Below, piece by piece: positions 9,679 through 19,655 of a stretch of 64,000 bases of DNA (position 1 is its first letter; the number at the start of each line of letters is the position of its first letter). A program made the position numbers and the translations under genes. The DNA lies in IMG/VR virus record IMGVR_UViG_3300013093_000020; one strand, given 5' to 3'. Source of the stretch: a virus. A model generated the notes under the pieces. That model did no database searches. It saw only the letters and a list, made by a program, of their open reading frames with translations, and had not been told where the DNA came from.

Positions 9679-11124
9679 ATGCCAAGAATAAGCCTTTACA
9701 AACCTAACTACGGTGTCGATTACAAATATATGGATCGAACTATCTCAGAGTCGTTTACTTTGGGTGGGACCGACATGTATTATCATAAGTTGCTAGGTAC
9801 GCAAAATCCCACAACTGCTTCAGCTGATCAGCCTACTTATAGTACTCAAAGTCCCAGTAATATACAAGACTTGTTGCTGTTAGAAAATCGCGATCGTGTT
9901 TACGATACTAGCATATACAGACTCCGTGGGCACTATACTGTTCAGTCTCTTGATTGGAATTTAAGCCAATTTGGTCTACTACTAGATTCAGATCAAATTG
10001 CTATCACAGTGCATATTAATGATATCGTAGCTATTATTGGTCGCAAACCCATCAGCGGTGATGTCTTTGAGCTTCCACATTTGCGTGATGATTTTGCCTT
10101 AAACAATTTAATGTATGGCATGCCGAGATACTATGTAGTTACAGATGTCAATAATGCTAGCGAAGGTTATTCAGTCACATGGCAACCTCATTTATATAGA
10201 CTCAAGTGCAAAAAGATGACCGATAGCCAACAATTTGCACAGATACTTAATTTGCCAATGACAGATGCTAATGGTGATCCTGTACCAGGTGTTACACTTC
10301 GTGATGTCCTAAGCACACAATCGGCTGACCTAACAATTAATAATGCTGTTATAGCACAAGCTGAAACAGATGCGGCACAGAGTGGATATCAGACTCGTCA
10401 ATTTTATACACTGGCAGTAGATCCTACAACAGGTAAGCCTGTGATCAACACTGCTGATACTGAAGAATTAGATACCAGTATCGAATCAGTGAATCTTGAA
10501 ACCAATTCAGACTCCGGAGTTCCAGTTAGAACAGGATATACAGGCTACTTAGTAGGTGATGGATACCCGGCTAATGGTTATGCCTTTGGATTTGGTATAC
10601 AATTTCCAGAGCATCCTATTAAACATGATTTTTTCCTAAGGGTGGATTTTGCACCTAATAGACTATTTCAGTTCAATGGCACTGCATGGGTCGTATCAGA
10701 GGATGCTGTGCGAATGAATATGACCAATAATGATTCTCGTCAAACACAGAAGACCAGCTTCATTAATAATACTGACTATATCTATAACAGTAGTGTATTA
10801 CAAACGCTTGTCGAGCTTACAGTTGATCAACATCAAATTAATACACTCACACCGTATGAAGCCAGTTATGGTAGTGTACCATATGTAGGTTTAAAACTAG
10901 GTACTTATCAGATGAACTTTGCCACTGCTGATTATCCAGGACAATATGTTATCACGACTTATACCTACAATGGCGGAAGTTACCTTCAAATTAATTTACC
11001 AGTAGTCAACGGTCAACAAACACTCATACCTTACAATGGACAATGGACCTTAGGGCTATATACAAACAGAGAAGCCGTAAGACAAAGTCTTAGCCAGGCT
11101 CTTAGACCTAGGGCGGATCTATAA
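9679..11124 (+). CDS. gp14: Neck/head-closure protein (T4 gp14-like), C-terminally extended
   Basis: LSQFGL, GRKPISGDVFELPHL and HLYRLKC motifs; position between gp13 and gp15. Confidence 0.75.
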   Translation: MPRISLYKPNYGVDYKYMDRTISESFTLGGTDMYYHKLLGTQNPTTASADQPTYSTQSPSNIQDLLLLENRDRVYDTSIYRLRGHYTVQSLDWNLSQFGLLLDSDQIAITVHINDIVAIIGRKPISGDVFELPHLRDDFALNNLMYGMPRYYVVTDVNNASEGYSVTWQPHLYRLKCKKMTDSQQFAQILNLPMTDANGDPVPGVTLRDVLSTQSADLTINNAVIAQAETDAAQSGYQTRQFYTLAVDPTTGKPVINTADTEELDTSIESVNLETNSDSGVPVRTGYTGYLVGDGYPANGYAFGFGIQFPEHPIKHDFFLRVDFAPNRLFQFNGTAWVVSEDAVRMNMTNNDSRQTQKTSFINNTDYIYNSSVLQTLVELTVDQHQINTLTPYEASYGSVPYVGLKLGTYQMNFATADYPGQYVITTYTYNGGSYLQINLPVVNGQQTLIPYNGQWTLGLYTNREAVRQSLSQALRPRADL

Positions 11125-12620
11125 TGCAATGGTTTTATGACGGTCAGATACGCAGATATCTTACACAAACAATTAGAGTTCTAAGTAACTTTGTAGTCAA
11201 ATACAGTGACGGTACACTTGTACAAGTCCCAGTGATCTACGGAGATCAAGACCGACAAGTCGGTGCAATTATTAATCAAAACAGTGCATCTGCTTTGCAA
11301 AGTGTGCCTAAAATGGCTGTGTACATTTCCGGTTTAGAACTTGATAATACTAGGCTAGCCGATGCTACTTATATCAATAAGTTACATCTAAGAGAAAGAG
11401 ACATTGATCTAACGAGTAATGCCTATACACAAGGGCAAGGTCGTAACTATACCATTGAACGGGTAATGCCTACCCCGTTTAAATTAACCATGAAGGTTGA
11501 TATATGGGCATCCAGCACAGATCAAAAATTACAAATACTCGAGCAAGTGCTTGTGCTGTTTAATCCTGCACTTGAGATACAAACTACAGACAACTATATT
11601 GACTGGACTAGTCTTAGTGTTTTAAATGTTTCGCAAATAAATTGGTCCAGCAAGCAAGTTCCAGTGGGTACAGATACCCCTATTGACATAGCCACCATTA
11701 CTCTTATTGCACCGATATGGTTAAGCCCGCCTGTTAAAGTTAAACATCTTGGTGTTATCACTCGTATTATTACCAGCATCTACGCTAATCAAGAAACTGA
11801 TAATAATAATTATATTGAGGGATTAGGTCAGCCGTTAGCAGGTCCTACAACATCATTTAAGGATTTATTAGACAGGAAAATAACCACCATTACCGATTAT
11901 AACATACAAGTCTATAATGGCCAAGCTGTGCTTTTAGATAAAACTAATGCAGATGTTCCTCACGAACCTACACTAGATATTCCCGTAGCTAGTGGACCAT
12001 TGCATAATTGGGTAGAATTATTTGAACAGTATCCGGGACAATATATCGCCGGGGTAAGTAAGATTTATCTTTATCAACCAAATGGAACGCAGGTGGTCGG
12101 TACTATAGCAACTAATCCCTTAGACGGCACGCTATTGACTATTAACTATGACATGAATACTATTCCTAGTAATACGCTGATAGATAGTTCAGGTCGATTC
12201 GGTACAGATCCTAATTATGATCAAGGTACCAATTATAGAACTAATAGTCCAGGAACATTTGATGCAATCATAGATCCTTATAAAACTTTCCCAGGCGACG
12301 GTATAACTAACCTACAAGCTGGAGATAGATTTTTAATTATAGAAGATATAGGGCATGCTGATGGACGAACTTATATCGACAACGCAGGCCATACACAAGC
12401 AGGAGTAGCAGCCTGGGGCTCCTTAAATGCTCATGCTAATGATGTTATAGAATGGGATGGAACTCAATGGAATGTAGTATTTAATAGTGGCCAAGAAAAT
12501 TCCACCATAGTTTATCAAACGAATATATATACTGGAGTACAGTATGTCTGGAATGGCACACAGTGGGCCAAATCGTTTGAAGGCGACTATAGGGCAGGAA
12601 ATTGGAGAATAGAACTATAA
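11124..12620 (+). CDS. gp15: Tail completion / sheath terminator (T4 gp15-like), extended
   Basis: FYDGQIRRY, VPVIYG, MPTPFKL and QILEQVLVLFNP motifs. Confidence 0.85.
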   Translation: MQWFYDGQIRRYLTQTIRVLSNFVVKYSDGTLVQVPVIYGDQDRQVGAIINQNSASALQSVPKMAVYISGLELDNTRLADATYINKLHLRERDIDLTSNAYTQGQGRNYTIERVMPTPFKLTMKVDIWASSTDQKLQILEQVLVLFNPALEIQTTDNYIDWTSLSVLNVSQINWSSKQVPVGTDTPIDIATITLIAPIWLSPPVKVKHLGVITRIITSIYANQETDNNNYIEGLGQPLAGPTTSFKDLLDRKITTITDYNIQVYNGQAVLLDKTNADVPHEPTLDIPVASGPLHNWVELFEQYPGQYIAGVSKIYLYQPNGTQVVGTIATNPLDGTLLTINYDMNTIPSNTLIDSSGRFGTDPNYDQGTNYRTNSPGTFDAIIDPYKTFPGDGITNLQAGDRFLIIEDIGHADGRTYIDNAGHTQAGVAAWGSLNAHANDVIEWDGTQWNVVFNSGQENSTIVYQTNIYTGVQYVWNGTQWAKSFEGDYRAGNWRIEL

Positions 12621-13051
12621 CTGATCGTATTGTTTGTAGCGGAGCTTTGTTCTACGCCAAAAATACACGACGGTTTTTACTACTACAAAAAGCTCGAGGG
12701 AAGCATCAGGGAACTTGGGGATTAGTAGGCGGTACTAATATTGAAGGAGAAACAGCATGGCAGGGTCTCCAGCGTGAAATTAAAGAAGAAATTGGTAGTG
12801 TTCCAAAAATAATTAAAACAATACCTTTGGAAACATTTGTCAGTAATGATAAAGTTTTTAATTTTCACACATACTTGTGTGTCATATCAGACGAGTTTGT
12901 ACCTATACTAAGTAGTGAACATATGGCATGGGCATGGGCAACATTAGATTTTGCTCCTAAGCCAATACATCAAGGCCTGCGAAATAGTTTTACTAACAAA
13001 ACTATTAAAACCAAACTTCAAACAGTATTCGATCTAGTTGAACTTATTTAA
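12602..13051 (+). CDS. Nudix hydrolase
   Basis: Nudix box GGTNIEGETAWQGLQREIKEEIG. Confidence 0.92.
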   Translation: MENRTITDRIVCSGALFYAKNTRRFLLLQKARGKHQGTWGLVGGTNIEGETAWQGLQREIKEEIGSVPKIIKTIPLETFVSNDKVFNFHTYLCVISDEFVPILSSEHMAWAWATLDFAPKPIHQGLRNSFTNKTIKTKLQTVFDLVELI

Positions 13052-13625
13052 AGGCTGGACCGGTAATCCATGCTACTAAGCTATAGCGAATCCCCTTTGT
13101 AACTGGTTGAACTCCGTGTAGCAAGTAGCTTGGAAAAGCTATTAATTTTCCTTGCTCTTTAGGGAGAATTTCTGGTATGGAACTAGTTTGTAAAATTAGT
13201 TCACCGCCTTCGTAATCATCCGGAGAGGATAGTTGCAAGGTCATTGATAACTTTCTAATACTTTGGTCAATTGATTTATCTAAATGTAAATCATATTTCC
13301 CCCCAGGTGCTGTATATTTTGTAAATTGTAAACCTTCTGCAAACCCAAAAAGATCAAACTTAAAAAAATTATCGTTAAGCCCGTTAGCAACATCAGTTAG
13401 CCTTTCAAAAACCCACTGTGCATCTGGTGGGAACAGCCAAGATATTTCGCTATCTCTAACGGTTTGATCTTCTCCCCTAACTATTCCAGAATTAAAGTTT
13501 TTAGAATTCCCTAATTCAATAATTTTTGCGCATTCGTCGGGACTAAACACATTATTCCAATAAGCCCAATTTTGCACATGTTCTGGCTTAAGTGCCCATG
13601 TTGTTAAAAGTCTGTCTTTGCTCAT
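13044..13625 (-). CDS. 2OG-Fe(II) oxygenase (PKHD/prolyl-hydroxylase type)
   Basis: HLD...RKLS...YEGGEL...FPSYLLHGVQPVTKGIRYSLVAW. Confidence 0.92.
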   Translation of the reverse strand: MSKDRLLTTWALKPEHVQNWAYWNNVFSPDECAKIIELGNSKNFNSGIVRGEDQTVRDSEISWLFPPDAQWVFERLTDVANGLNDNFFKFDLFGFAEGLQFTKYTAPGGKYDLHLDKSIDQSIRKLSMTLQLSSPDDYEGGELILQTSSIPEILPKEQGKLIAFPSYLLHGVQPVTKGIRYSLVAWITGPAFK

Positions 13626-14230
13626 ATGCCTATCCTTGGATATACTGTAATATCAAATGCTATTGATTGCCGTATCCCTGTAAATTCTTGCGGCGGAACA
13701 CTATGCATCAAATATGAAGGGAATAATATTAAAGTTCCTTCCTTAACAGGAATCCACCATGTTGAAGAATTACTTGTATTATATGTTTTTATATTTTTAA
13801 ATTTTTGTCTAAAACCATAGTCTGCAGGATTGTGAAAAATAATTTTTCCAGATTCTCCGGGACAATTTATATAATAAGTTCCGCTGTATGAATATCCATA
13901 ATGGGAATGTGGAGTTAAGTTCCCGCTAGATTCTTGTTCATTTAACCATATGTTTGGAATGTCAACTTCGTAACAATCATCAAGTCCGTTAGCTTGCATG
14001 AACTCAATGGTTGTTTTTTTTATAAAATTTATTAAAGGTCCAGTCCCATCAAAATTTAAAAAATTCCACCCTATATTTGCGTGGCCTGGGGAATACTCTT
14101 TTAATGTAGTTCTAAATCCGTTTTCTTCGTAATCATATTTGGGACAAGAATCAAATAGAGATTTACCGTATTCAATAAATTCAGTGTTAATGCAAGTATA
14201 GATAGGTATAGGAAATAACTGATGTATCAT
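13622..14230 (-). CDS. Putative 2OG-Fe(II) oxygenase (TIGR02466-like)
   Basis: WLN...PHSH...SGTYY...EGTLILFPSYLMHSV...RQSIAF. Confidence 0.85.
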   Translation of the reverse strand: MIHQLFPIPIYTCINTEFIEYGKSLFDSCPKYDYEENGFRTTLKEYSPGHANIGWNFLNFDGTGPLINFIKKTTIEFMQANGLDDCYEVDIPNIWLNEQESSGNLTPHSHYGYSYSGTYYINCPGESGKIIFHNPADYGFRQKFKNIKTYNTSNSSTWWIPVKEGTLILFPSYLMHSVPPQEFTGIRQSIAFDITVYPRIGI

Positions 14231-14778
14231 CTTATATTAGGTCCAGTTAACCATATAGAAATTGATGAACGAGTGCCTTTAGTGACGGGAGTAACGCGAT
14301 GAGGAATCCATCCTGGAAATATTAACAGGGTTCCTGCGTTGTCCAATTGATGTATATGTCGAGGTCCGCCACTTAGAAAAAGTTCAAATTTGCCGCCTTC
14401 GTAAGGTTCAGTTGAAGTGTTTAATATTACAGTTAATTTTGTATCATATATTTCATTTATATGACCGTCATAATGCCAATCATATTCGCCTTGGTTTTCT
14501 TCATGATACTGATTAAAATTTACACATGCCATTTCTCGCATAGTATACATATCAAAACCAAAATATTGTTCATTTATTAGTCTAGCATATTCTTCTAGTT
14601 TGCCAAGATATTTTTTAGCATCCTTCCAATGAGCTAATCGTACATTAGCAGTTTTAGTTGCACCTTCTGCAGGATTATGAAATAATTCACACTCTGCATG
14701 GTCTCTTATTAAATTATCATTTAATTCTTTACATTGTTCTACAGTAAACATAGAAGCGTGCCAATATTGATATTTCAT
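14227..14778 (-). CDS. 2OG-Fe(II) oxygenase (PKHD type)
   Basis: YDWHYD...KLT...YEGG...FPGWIPHRVTPVTKGTR. Confidence 0.92.
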   Translation of the reverse strand: MKYQYWHASMFTVEQCKELNDNLIRDHAECELFHNPAEGATKTANVRLAHWKDAKKYLGKLEEYARLINEQYFGFDMYTMREMACVNFNQYHEENQGEYDWHYDGHINEIYDTKLTVILNTSTEPYEGGKFELFLSGGPRHIHQLDNAGTLLIFPGWIPHRVTPVTKGTRSSISIWLTGPNIR

Positions 14779-14780
14779 AG

Positions 14781-15308
14781 TTATTCCGGTTGTAATTCAG
14801 CGTACACTGATAAGATAAATCTTGATTTGCCGTCCGGACATACTTGTCCTCGATGTGTATGAGTCCAAAATGTAGGAAAAATTATCATCCTTCCTTTTTT
14901 AGATAAAATTACTTCTCCATTATAGAATTCAGTTCCACAATTATGATTAGACAAATATACCAATGCACATAATATACGATAGGGATTTTTATATTCGTGT
15001 TCATGATGCCATCCACTAAAAGAATAGGATGGCGGAAAATGCTTAAATGCATAAGGTTGCATTAGCCAACGAGTATTTGTTAATTTTAATTCTGGATATA
15101 AATTAACATAATCTGCTACAATTTTTGAATTTAATTTATTTAAAATTTCTGCAATGTTGGGAGTTATGAACGGATAGTTAAAGTAATTACTTTCATATCC
15201 TAAATGAGTATTTAGATGATTGTCAAATGGAATTGAAACACCCTCAATTATGAGGGTGTCACATTCTTGTTCTGCAAGAGCATTGTCAATTGTTAGAATA
15301 TTTTGCAT
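14781..15308 (-). CDS. 2OG-Fe(II) oxygenase (HxE type)
   Basis: WHHE...VYL...GTEF...GRMIIFPTFWTHTHRG. Confidence 0.85.
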   Translation of the reverse strand: MQNILTIDNALAEQECDTLIIEGVSIPFDNHLNTHLGYESNYFNYPFITPNIAEILNKLNSKIVADYVNLYPELKLTNTRWLMQPYAFKHFPPSYSFSGWHHEHEYKNPYRILCALVYLSNHNCGTEFYNGEVILSKKGRMIIFPTFWTHTHRGQVCPDGKSRFILSVYAELQPE

Positions 15309-15339
15309 ACAACTATGTATGCCTAATACTGACTATCTC

Positions 15340-15675
15340 TTATTTTTCTGGGTCAACATCAGTCCAATTTTTGATGTCTTCATGCCACCACCACATGCCA
15401 GTTGTAGGCATTGGAACCGGTGGTTCCCAGTTACAAGTGTTTTCATCTAGTATCCAAGATGGATATGGTTGTGGATGATAAAATGCATCTCTATCTTTAT
15501 CATAAATCATGCCGCGAGTCGCCATATTTTTTCTATGGAGTGCTGTGCCGCCAGATCCATGCCATGTTTCTAGCCATGTTCCACCATGGACAGCCGCTTC
15601 TTCTGGAGTAGCGACTATTACTTGTGTTACGACGTTATTTTCGTCTAGTTGTGCTGAATATCTAATTATGCTCAT
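15340..15675 (-). CDS. Small fibre-associated protein, possibly an assembly chaperone
   Basis: AQLDENNVVTQVIV...YD..RDAF..PQPYPSW.LDE.TC.WEPPVP; follows the Gly-rich fibre genes. Confidence 0.65.
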   Translation of the reverse strand: MSIIRYSAQLDENNVVTQVIVATPEEAAVHGGTWLETWHGSGGTALHRKNMATRGMIYDKDRDAFYHPQPYPSWILDENTCNWEPPVPMPTTGMWWWHEDIKNWTDVDPEK

Positions 15676-16667
15676 ATGTAGTACCTTATAATAACTGCTC
15701 CCTGGCAGCCTCCGCCACTGTATCGTTGATCTCCACCAAGTCCACCGCCACCTGATCCAAATGTTTGACCATCACTAGGTCCGGTTTGACCAGAACCTAA
15801 ACCTCCATTGAATTCTAATGATGCATGGCCGCCACCGCCTTGACCGCCGGGCCCAGGCCATGTCATAGCTGGCCCTTGGACTCCGCCGCCGCCGCCTGCG
15901 GCAACCATATACCCTAATTCTGCAATCATAATGCCGGGCCCGCCTCGGCCGCCGCCTGGACCAGCACCAGAATTCACTGCTGAATTTCCGGCTCCACCTG
16001 CGCCGCCACCTCCGGCAGCAACATAATTACCGCTAGCGCCGCTAATTGACCCGTTGACATAATTAATACCGTTACCTCCGGGATAACCTTGTCCTGGTGT
16101 ACCTGCACCACCTGCGCCGGTGCCATAACTGCCGCCTCCTCCTGAACCATACGACCCACTGCCTCCGTGAGCTGTACTATTTCTATTTCCTTCACCGTTG
16201 CCACCTCCACCTCCATAAGCGGTAATTGTAGTTCCTGCATAGGTGAATGTAGTGTTGTTACCGTCACTGTAAGTACTGTCAGTTGGGCCGTATAATGCCG
16301 CGCCACCTGCGCCCACCGAATATGTTGCTGTGGCATATGATGAATTATAGTTAAATGTAGTCCAATTAAGAACGCCACCAGAGCCACCGCCACCTGCAGC
16401 TGTTCCAATTCCGCCAGCAGCTCCACCACCAATTAATAGGACATCCCATGTAGTAAGGCCACCAGGAACAGTCCAAGTAGTGCCACTAGTTAAAACAACT
16501 ACTCGCTTACTACTCATGTTTACCCAACCTGTACCGTTATAATATTCTGCAAAACCTGTTGTAGAATTATGTCTTAACATACCAACCGTTGGGGATGGTC
16601 TATTACCTGTTGTATCAGACGGTAATAAAATACCTTCGTTGCCTAATGATGTTGATGTGTTTGCCAT
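15672..16667 (-). CDS. Glycine-rich fibre/adhesin protein, paralogue 3 of 3
   Basis: LPSDTTGNRP..G.LR.N N-terminus, polyglycine GGGG motifs, C-terminal GAVIIRY. Confidence 0.8.
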   Translation of the reverse strand: MANTSTSLGNEGILLPSDTTGNRPSPTVGMLRHNSTTGFAEYYNGTGWVNMSSKRVVVLTSGTTWTVPGGLTTWDVLLIGGGAAGGIGTAAGGGGSGGVLNWTTFNYNSSYATATYSVGAGGAALYGPTDSTYSDGNNTTFTYAGTTITAYGGGGGNGEGNRNSTAHGGSGSYGSGGGGSYGTGAGGAGTPGQGYPGGNGINYVNGSISGASGNYVAAGGGGAGGAGNSAVNSGAGPGGGRGGPGIMIAELGYMVAAGGGGGVQGPAMTWPGPGGQGGGGHASLEFNGGLGSGQTGPSDGQTFGSGGGGLGGDQRYSGGGCQGAVIIRYYI

Positions 16668-16675
16668 ATGTTATC

Positions 16676-17632
16676 TCAGTTATAATATCTAATAACGACT
16701 GCGCCTTGTGCGCCTGCACCTGAAGGAAAATTCCAATCACTGCCACATCCGCCACCGCCTGCACCAAATGCTTGCCCTCCGGTCGTAGCATAAGAACCAT
16801 ACCCGGTAGCATTACTACCTGTACTTGTGCCGGGTCCGCCCCCGCCAAGTCCGCCTTTCCCCGCCCATTGACGAGCTTGCGTTCCGCCACCGCCACCACC
16901 AGCTACTGCAAACCCCAATTCAGGAATAAAAATACCTGGTCCGCCGCCGCCGCCACCATAACTGTCTCCGGTATTGCCAGGACCGCCCGCACCACCGCCA
17001 CCTGATCCTATCCACGGGTTAGCTTGATTTGTTCCTGAACCGCCGGGGTAACCTTGGCCTGATGTTCCCGGGTTTGAGCCGCCTGACCCATATGATCCGC
17101 CCCCACCCGAACCAAATGTTCCTGATTGGGTTGTGTTTCTGTTACCTTCTCCCTGGCCGCCACCTCCGCCATAGGCGGTAATTGCAGAACCTGCATAAGT
17201 GAATGTAGTATTGCTTCCGTTGTTATAGATTGTATCGTTTGAACCACTAATACCTGCACCACCTGCACCTACTGAATATGTTGCTGTAGTATATGAAGAG
17301 TTGTAGTTAAAGGTTGTCCATTGTAGTACTCCGCCAGCACCGCCTCCACCAGCAGCTGTTCCAATCGATCCAGCACCTCCACCAGCAATCAGCAACACAT
17401 CCCATGTAGTAATTCCTGGAGGTATAGTCCAAGTAGTACCGCTAGTTAATACAACAACTTGTTTATTTGCTCCGGTGACCCAACCGGTGCCATTATAATA
17501 TTCAGGAAACCCTGTTGTGGTATTAATTCTATGTTGGCCAGCAGTACCTGTTGGTCTGTTTGTTGTTGTATCTGCTGGAAAAGTAACTGCTTGGTTACCT
17601 AAAACTACCGAATTGTTGACTGGAATTGCCAT
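16676..17632 (-). CDS. Glycine-rich fibre/adhesin protein, paralogue 2 of 3
   Basis: Same architecture; shared WTTFNYNSSY.TATYSVGAGGA block. Confidence 0.8.
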   Translation of the reverse strand: MAIPVNNSVVLGNQAVTFPADTTTNRPTGTAGQHRINTTTGFPEYYNGTGWVTGANKQVVVLTSGTTWTIPPGITTWDVLLIAGGGAGSIGTAAGGGGAGGVLQWTTFNYNSSYTTATYSVGAGGAGISGSNDTIYNNGSNTTFTYAGSAITAYGGGGGQGEGNRNTTQSGTFGSGGGGSYGSGGSNPGTSGQGYPGGSGTNQANPWIGSGGGGAGGPGNTGDSYGGGGGGPGIFIPELGFAVAGGGGGGTQARQWAGKGGLGGGGPGTSTGSNATGYGSYATTGGQAFGAGGGGCGSDWNFPSGAGAQGAVVIRYYN

Positions 17633-17644
17633 AGTTTATATCCT

Positions 17645-18616
17645 TTACAGTATATATCGTATTACAACACAACCCTGGTACCCAGCTCCAGTTGCACAAT
17701 AGTCACTGCCACATCCACCTCCGCCTGCACCAAATGCTTGCCCGTCTTCAGCCCATAGGTAGCACCCGTTACCGTATCCTGGATTAGCTGCAGTACCGTC
17801 TTCATATGTGGAAGATCCCCTGCCACCACCACCTAAACCACCGACTCCGCCAGTTTGAAAGCCTTGTTGGCCACCCCCACCCCCACCACATACTGCCAAA
17901 CCTAATTCAGCAATAAAAACTCCATCCCCGCCTTTACCAGGTCCGTAAGGATTGTTGCCTTGAGCTCCAGCGCCTCCAGCGCCTCCACCTCCGCTACTTG
18001 GCCACGGATTAGCTTGATTTGATCCGGCACCTCCCGGATAACCTTGACCAGATGTTCCAGGTGTTGCCGAACCAGTTCCGTAACTGCCGCCTCCACCTGA
18101 ACCAAATGTGCCAGTACGACTAGTATTTCTTTGTCCTTCACCGTTACCACCACTTCCGCCATAGGCAGTGATTGTAGTTCCTGCATAGGTAAATGTGGTA
18201 TTGCTTCCGTCATTCCAGGTCGTATCTGTAGTACCAAATAAAGAAGCACCACCTGCACCTACTGAATATGTTGCTGTGGCATATGAAGAGTTGTAGTTAA
18301 ATGTAGTCCAATTTAATAATCCGCCTGCACCACCACCACCACCACTTGATCCAACTCCGCCTGCTCCGCCACCACCAATTAATAGGACATCCCATGTTGT
18401 AAGACCACTAGGGACTGTCCAAGTTGTTCCACTTGTTAGCACTAGCACTTGTTTATTAGCTCTAGTAACCCAGCCTGTGCCGTTATAAACTTCAATAAAA
18501 TTAGTAGTAGTATTGAATCTAGTCATTCCGGCAACAGGACTAGCTGGCCTATTTGTAGTCGAGTCTGAAGGAAGGGTAATTGATTCATTACCTAATACTG
18601 TGTAATTATTTGCCAT
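17645..18616 (-). CDS. Glycine-rich fibre/adhesin protein, paralogue 1 of 3
   Basis: Same architecture; C-terminal GCVVIRY. Confidence 0.8.
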   Translation of the reverse strand: MANNYTVLGNESITLPSDSTTNRPASPVAGMTRFNTTTNFIEVYNGTGWVTRANKQVLVLTSGTTWTVPSGLTTWDVLLIGGGGAGGVGSSGGGGGAGGLLNWTTFNYNSSYATATYSVGAGGASLFGTTDTTWNDGSNTTFTYAGTTITAYGGSGGNGEGQRNTSRTGTFGSGGGGSYGTGSATPGTSGQGYPGGAGSNQANPWPSSGGGGAGGAGAQGNNPYGPGKGGDGVFIAELGLAVCGGGGGGQQGFQTGGVGGLGGGGRGSSTYEDGTAANPGYGNGCYLWAEDGQAFGAGGGGCGSDYCATGAGYQGCVVIRYIL

Positions 18617-19655
18617 TGATTATACCTTTTAACGTCTCTACTTCTGCTCGCAACTCTTTAATTGCTTCAATTAATAGTGGAGCAAATCTATCATATTGGA
18701 CTGTTAAATATTTACTGTCAATAGGTGCTGGTGGTACAATTTCTGGCAAAACTTTTTGTGTACTTTGCGCACTAACACCAACTTCGCGTTTTACAGGATA
18801 TCCCAATGCTTGTGCTGTTTCATTAGCTTCATAATAGAATCCTTCTAATGAACATACTTTATCTAAGGCGTTTTCAATTTGACCTAAACGAGTTTTTAAA
18901 TTGTCATCTGAATAGTAAGCTGTTATTTGTCCAGTAGCACGGATTTCGCCTGATGTGCCGCTTGCTGATGTACCAACACCTAAGCTAGTTGTTTGCAGGT
19001 TAGTTAAAATGCCAACTGAAGTAATTGATGTTTGTGCAGCTGTGTTGATTGTTCCAGTAAATGATGTTGCTGTTACAGATCCACCAAAATTAGCCGCTCC
19101 ACTTGCGCCTAACCCGCCAGTGATGACCACAGTACCAGTACCAGTAGTTGTACTAGCAGTACCTGCTGAAAATGTAACTTGCCCTGTAGCAGTTAAAGCT
19201 AAAAAGCTACCTGCAGCTTTTGTAGTTCCTCCGACAGTTACATTATCCATTGTACCTGTACCAGTACTTGTTAATGTAATTAACCCACCTGTAAGACTAC
19301 TTGCACCGTTGACTGTTAATGCACTAGTTACAATGGGTCCACCATCTTCATTTAAAATAATATAGTTTGTGCCGTCTGACACAATTTCAATTGTTGCTCC
19401 AGCTGGTAGTGTTTGGCTTGATGTGCCACTTGACCCGCTACCGTTAAAAACACCTGTAGGGCTAGCAAGTGTTATTACGCCGCTAGTTGAATTGAAAAAT
19501 TGTTGTAGTTGTCCCGGAAATGATGCAGGGGGCGGAACAGTAACCGTATACGGAGCTGTTCCAGTTAACTCAGTAAATGCTCCTGAGTTAGGTGTCGCAA
19601 TAGTAGCAGTTGTACTAATGCTACTGCTTGTTTGTGTCGAGTTATATCTTGCCAT
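18606..19655 (-). CDS. Tail fibre protein with C-terminal intramolecular chaperone (peptidase S74-like)
   Basis: YSDDNLK...IENALDKV..L.G...GVSAQ..Q.VLPEIV...LLIEAIKEL; Thr/Gly-rich shaft. Confidence 0.85.
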   Translation of the reverse strand: MARYNSTQTSSSISTTATIATPNSGAFTELTGTAPYTVTVPPPASFPGQLQQFFNSTSGVITLASPTGVFNGSGSSGTSSQTLPAGATIEIVSDGTNYIILNEDGGPIVTSALTVNGASSLTGGLITLTSTGTGTMDNVTVGGTTKAAGSFLALTATGQVTFSAGTASTTTGTGTVVITGGLGASGAANFGGSVTATSFTGTINTAAQTSITSVGILTNLQTTSLGVGTSASGTSGEIRATGQITAYYSDDNLKTRLGQIENALDKVCSLEGFYYEANETAQALGYPVKREVGVSAQSTQKVLPEIVPPAPIDSKYLTVQYDRFAPLLIEAIKELRAEVETLKGIINGK

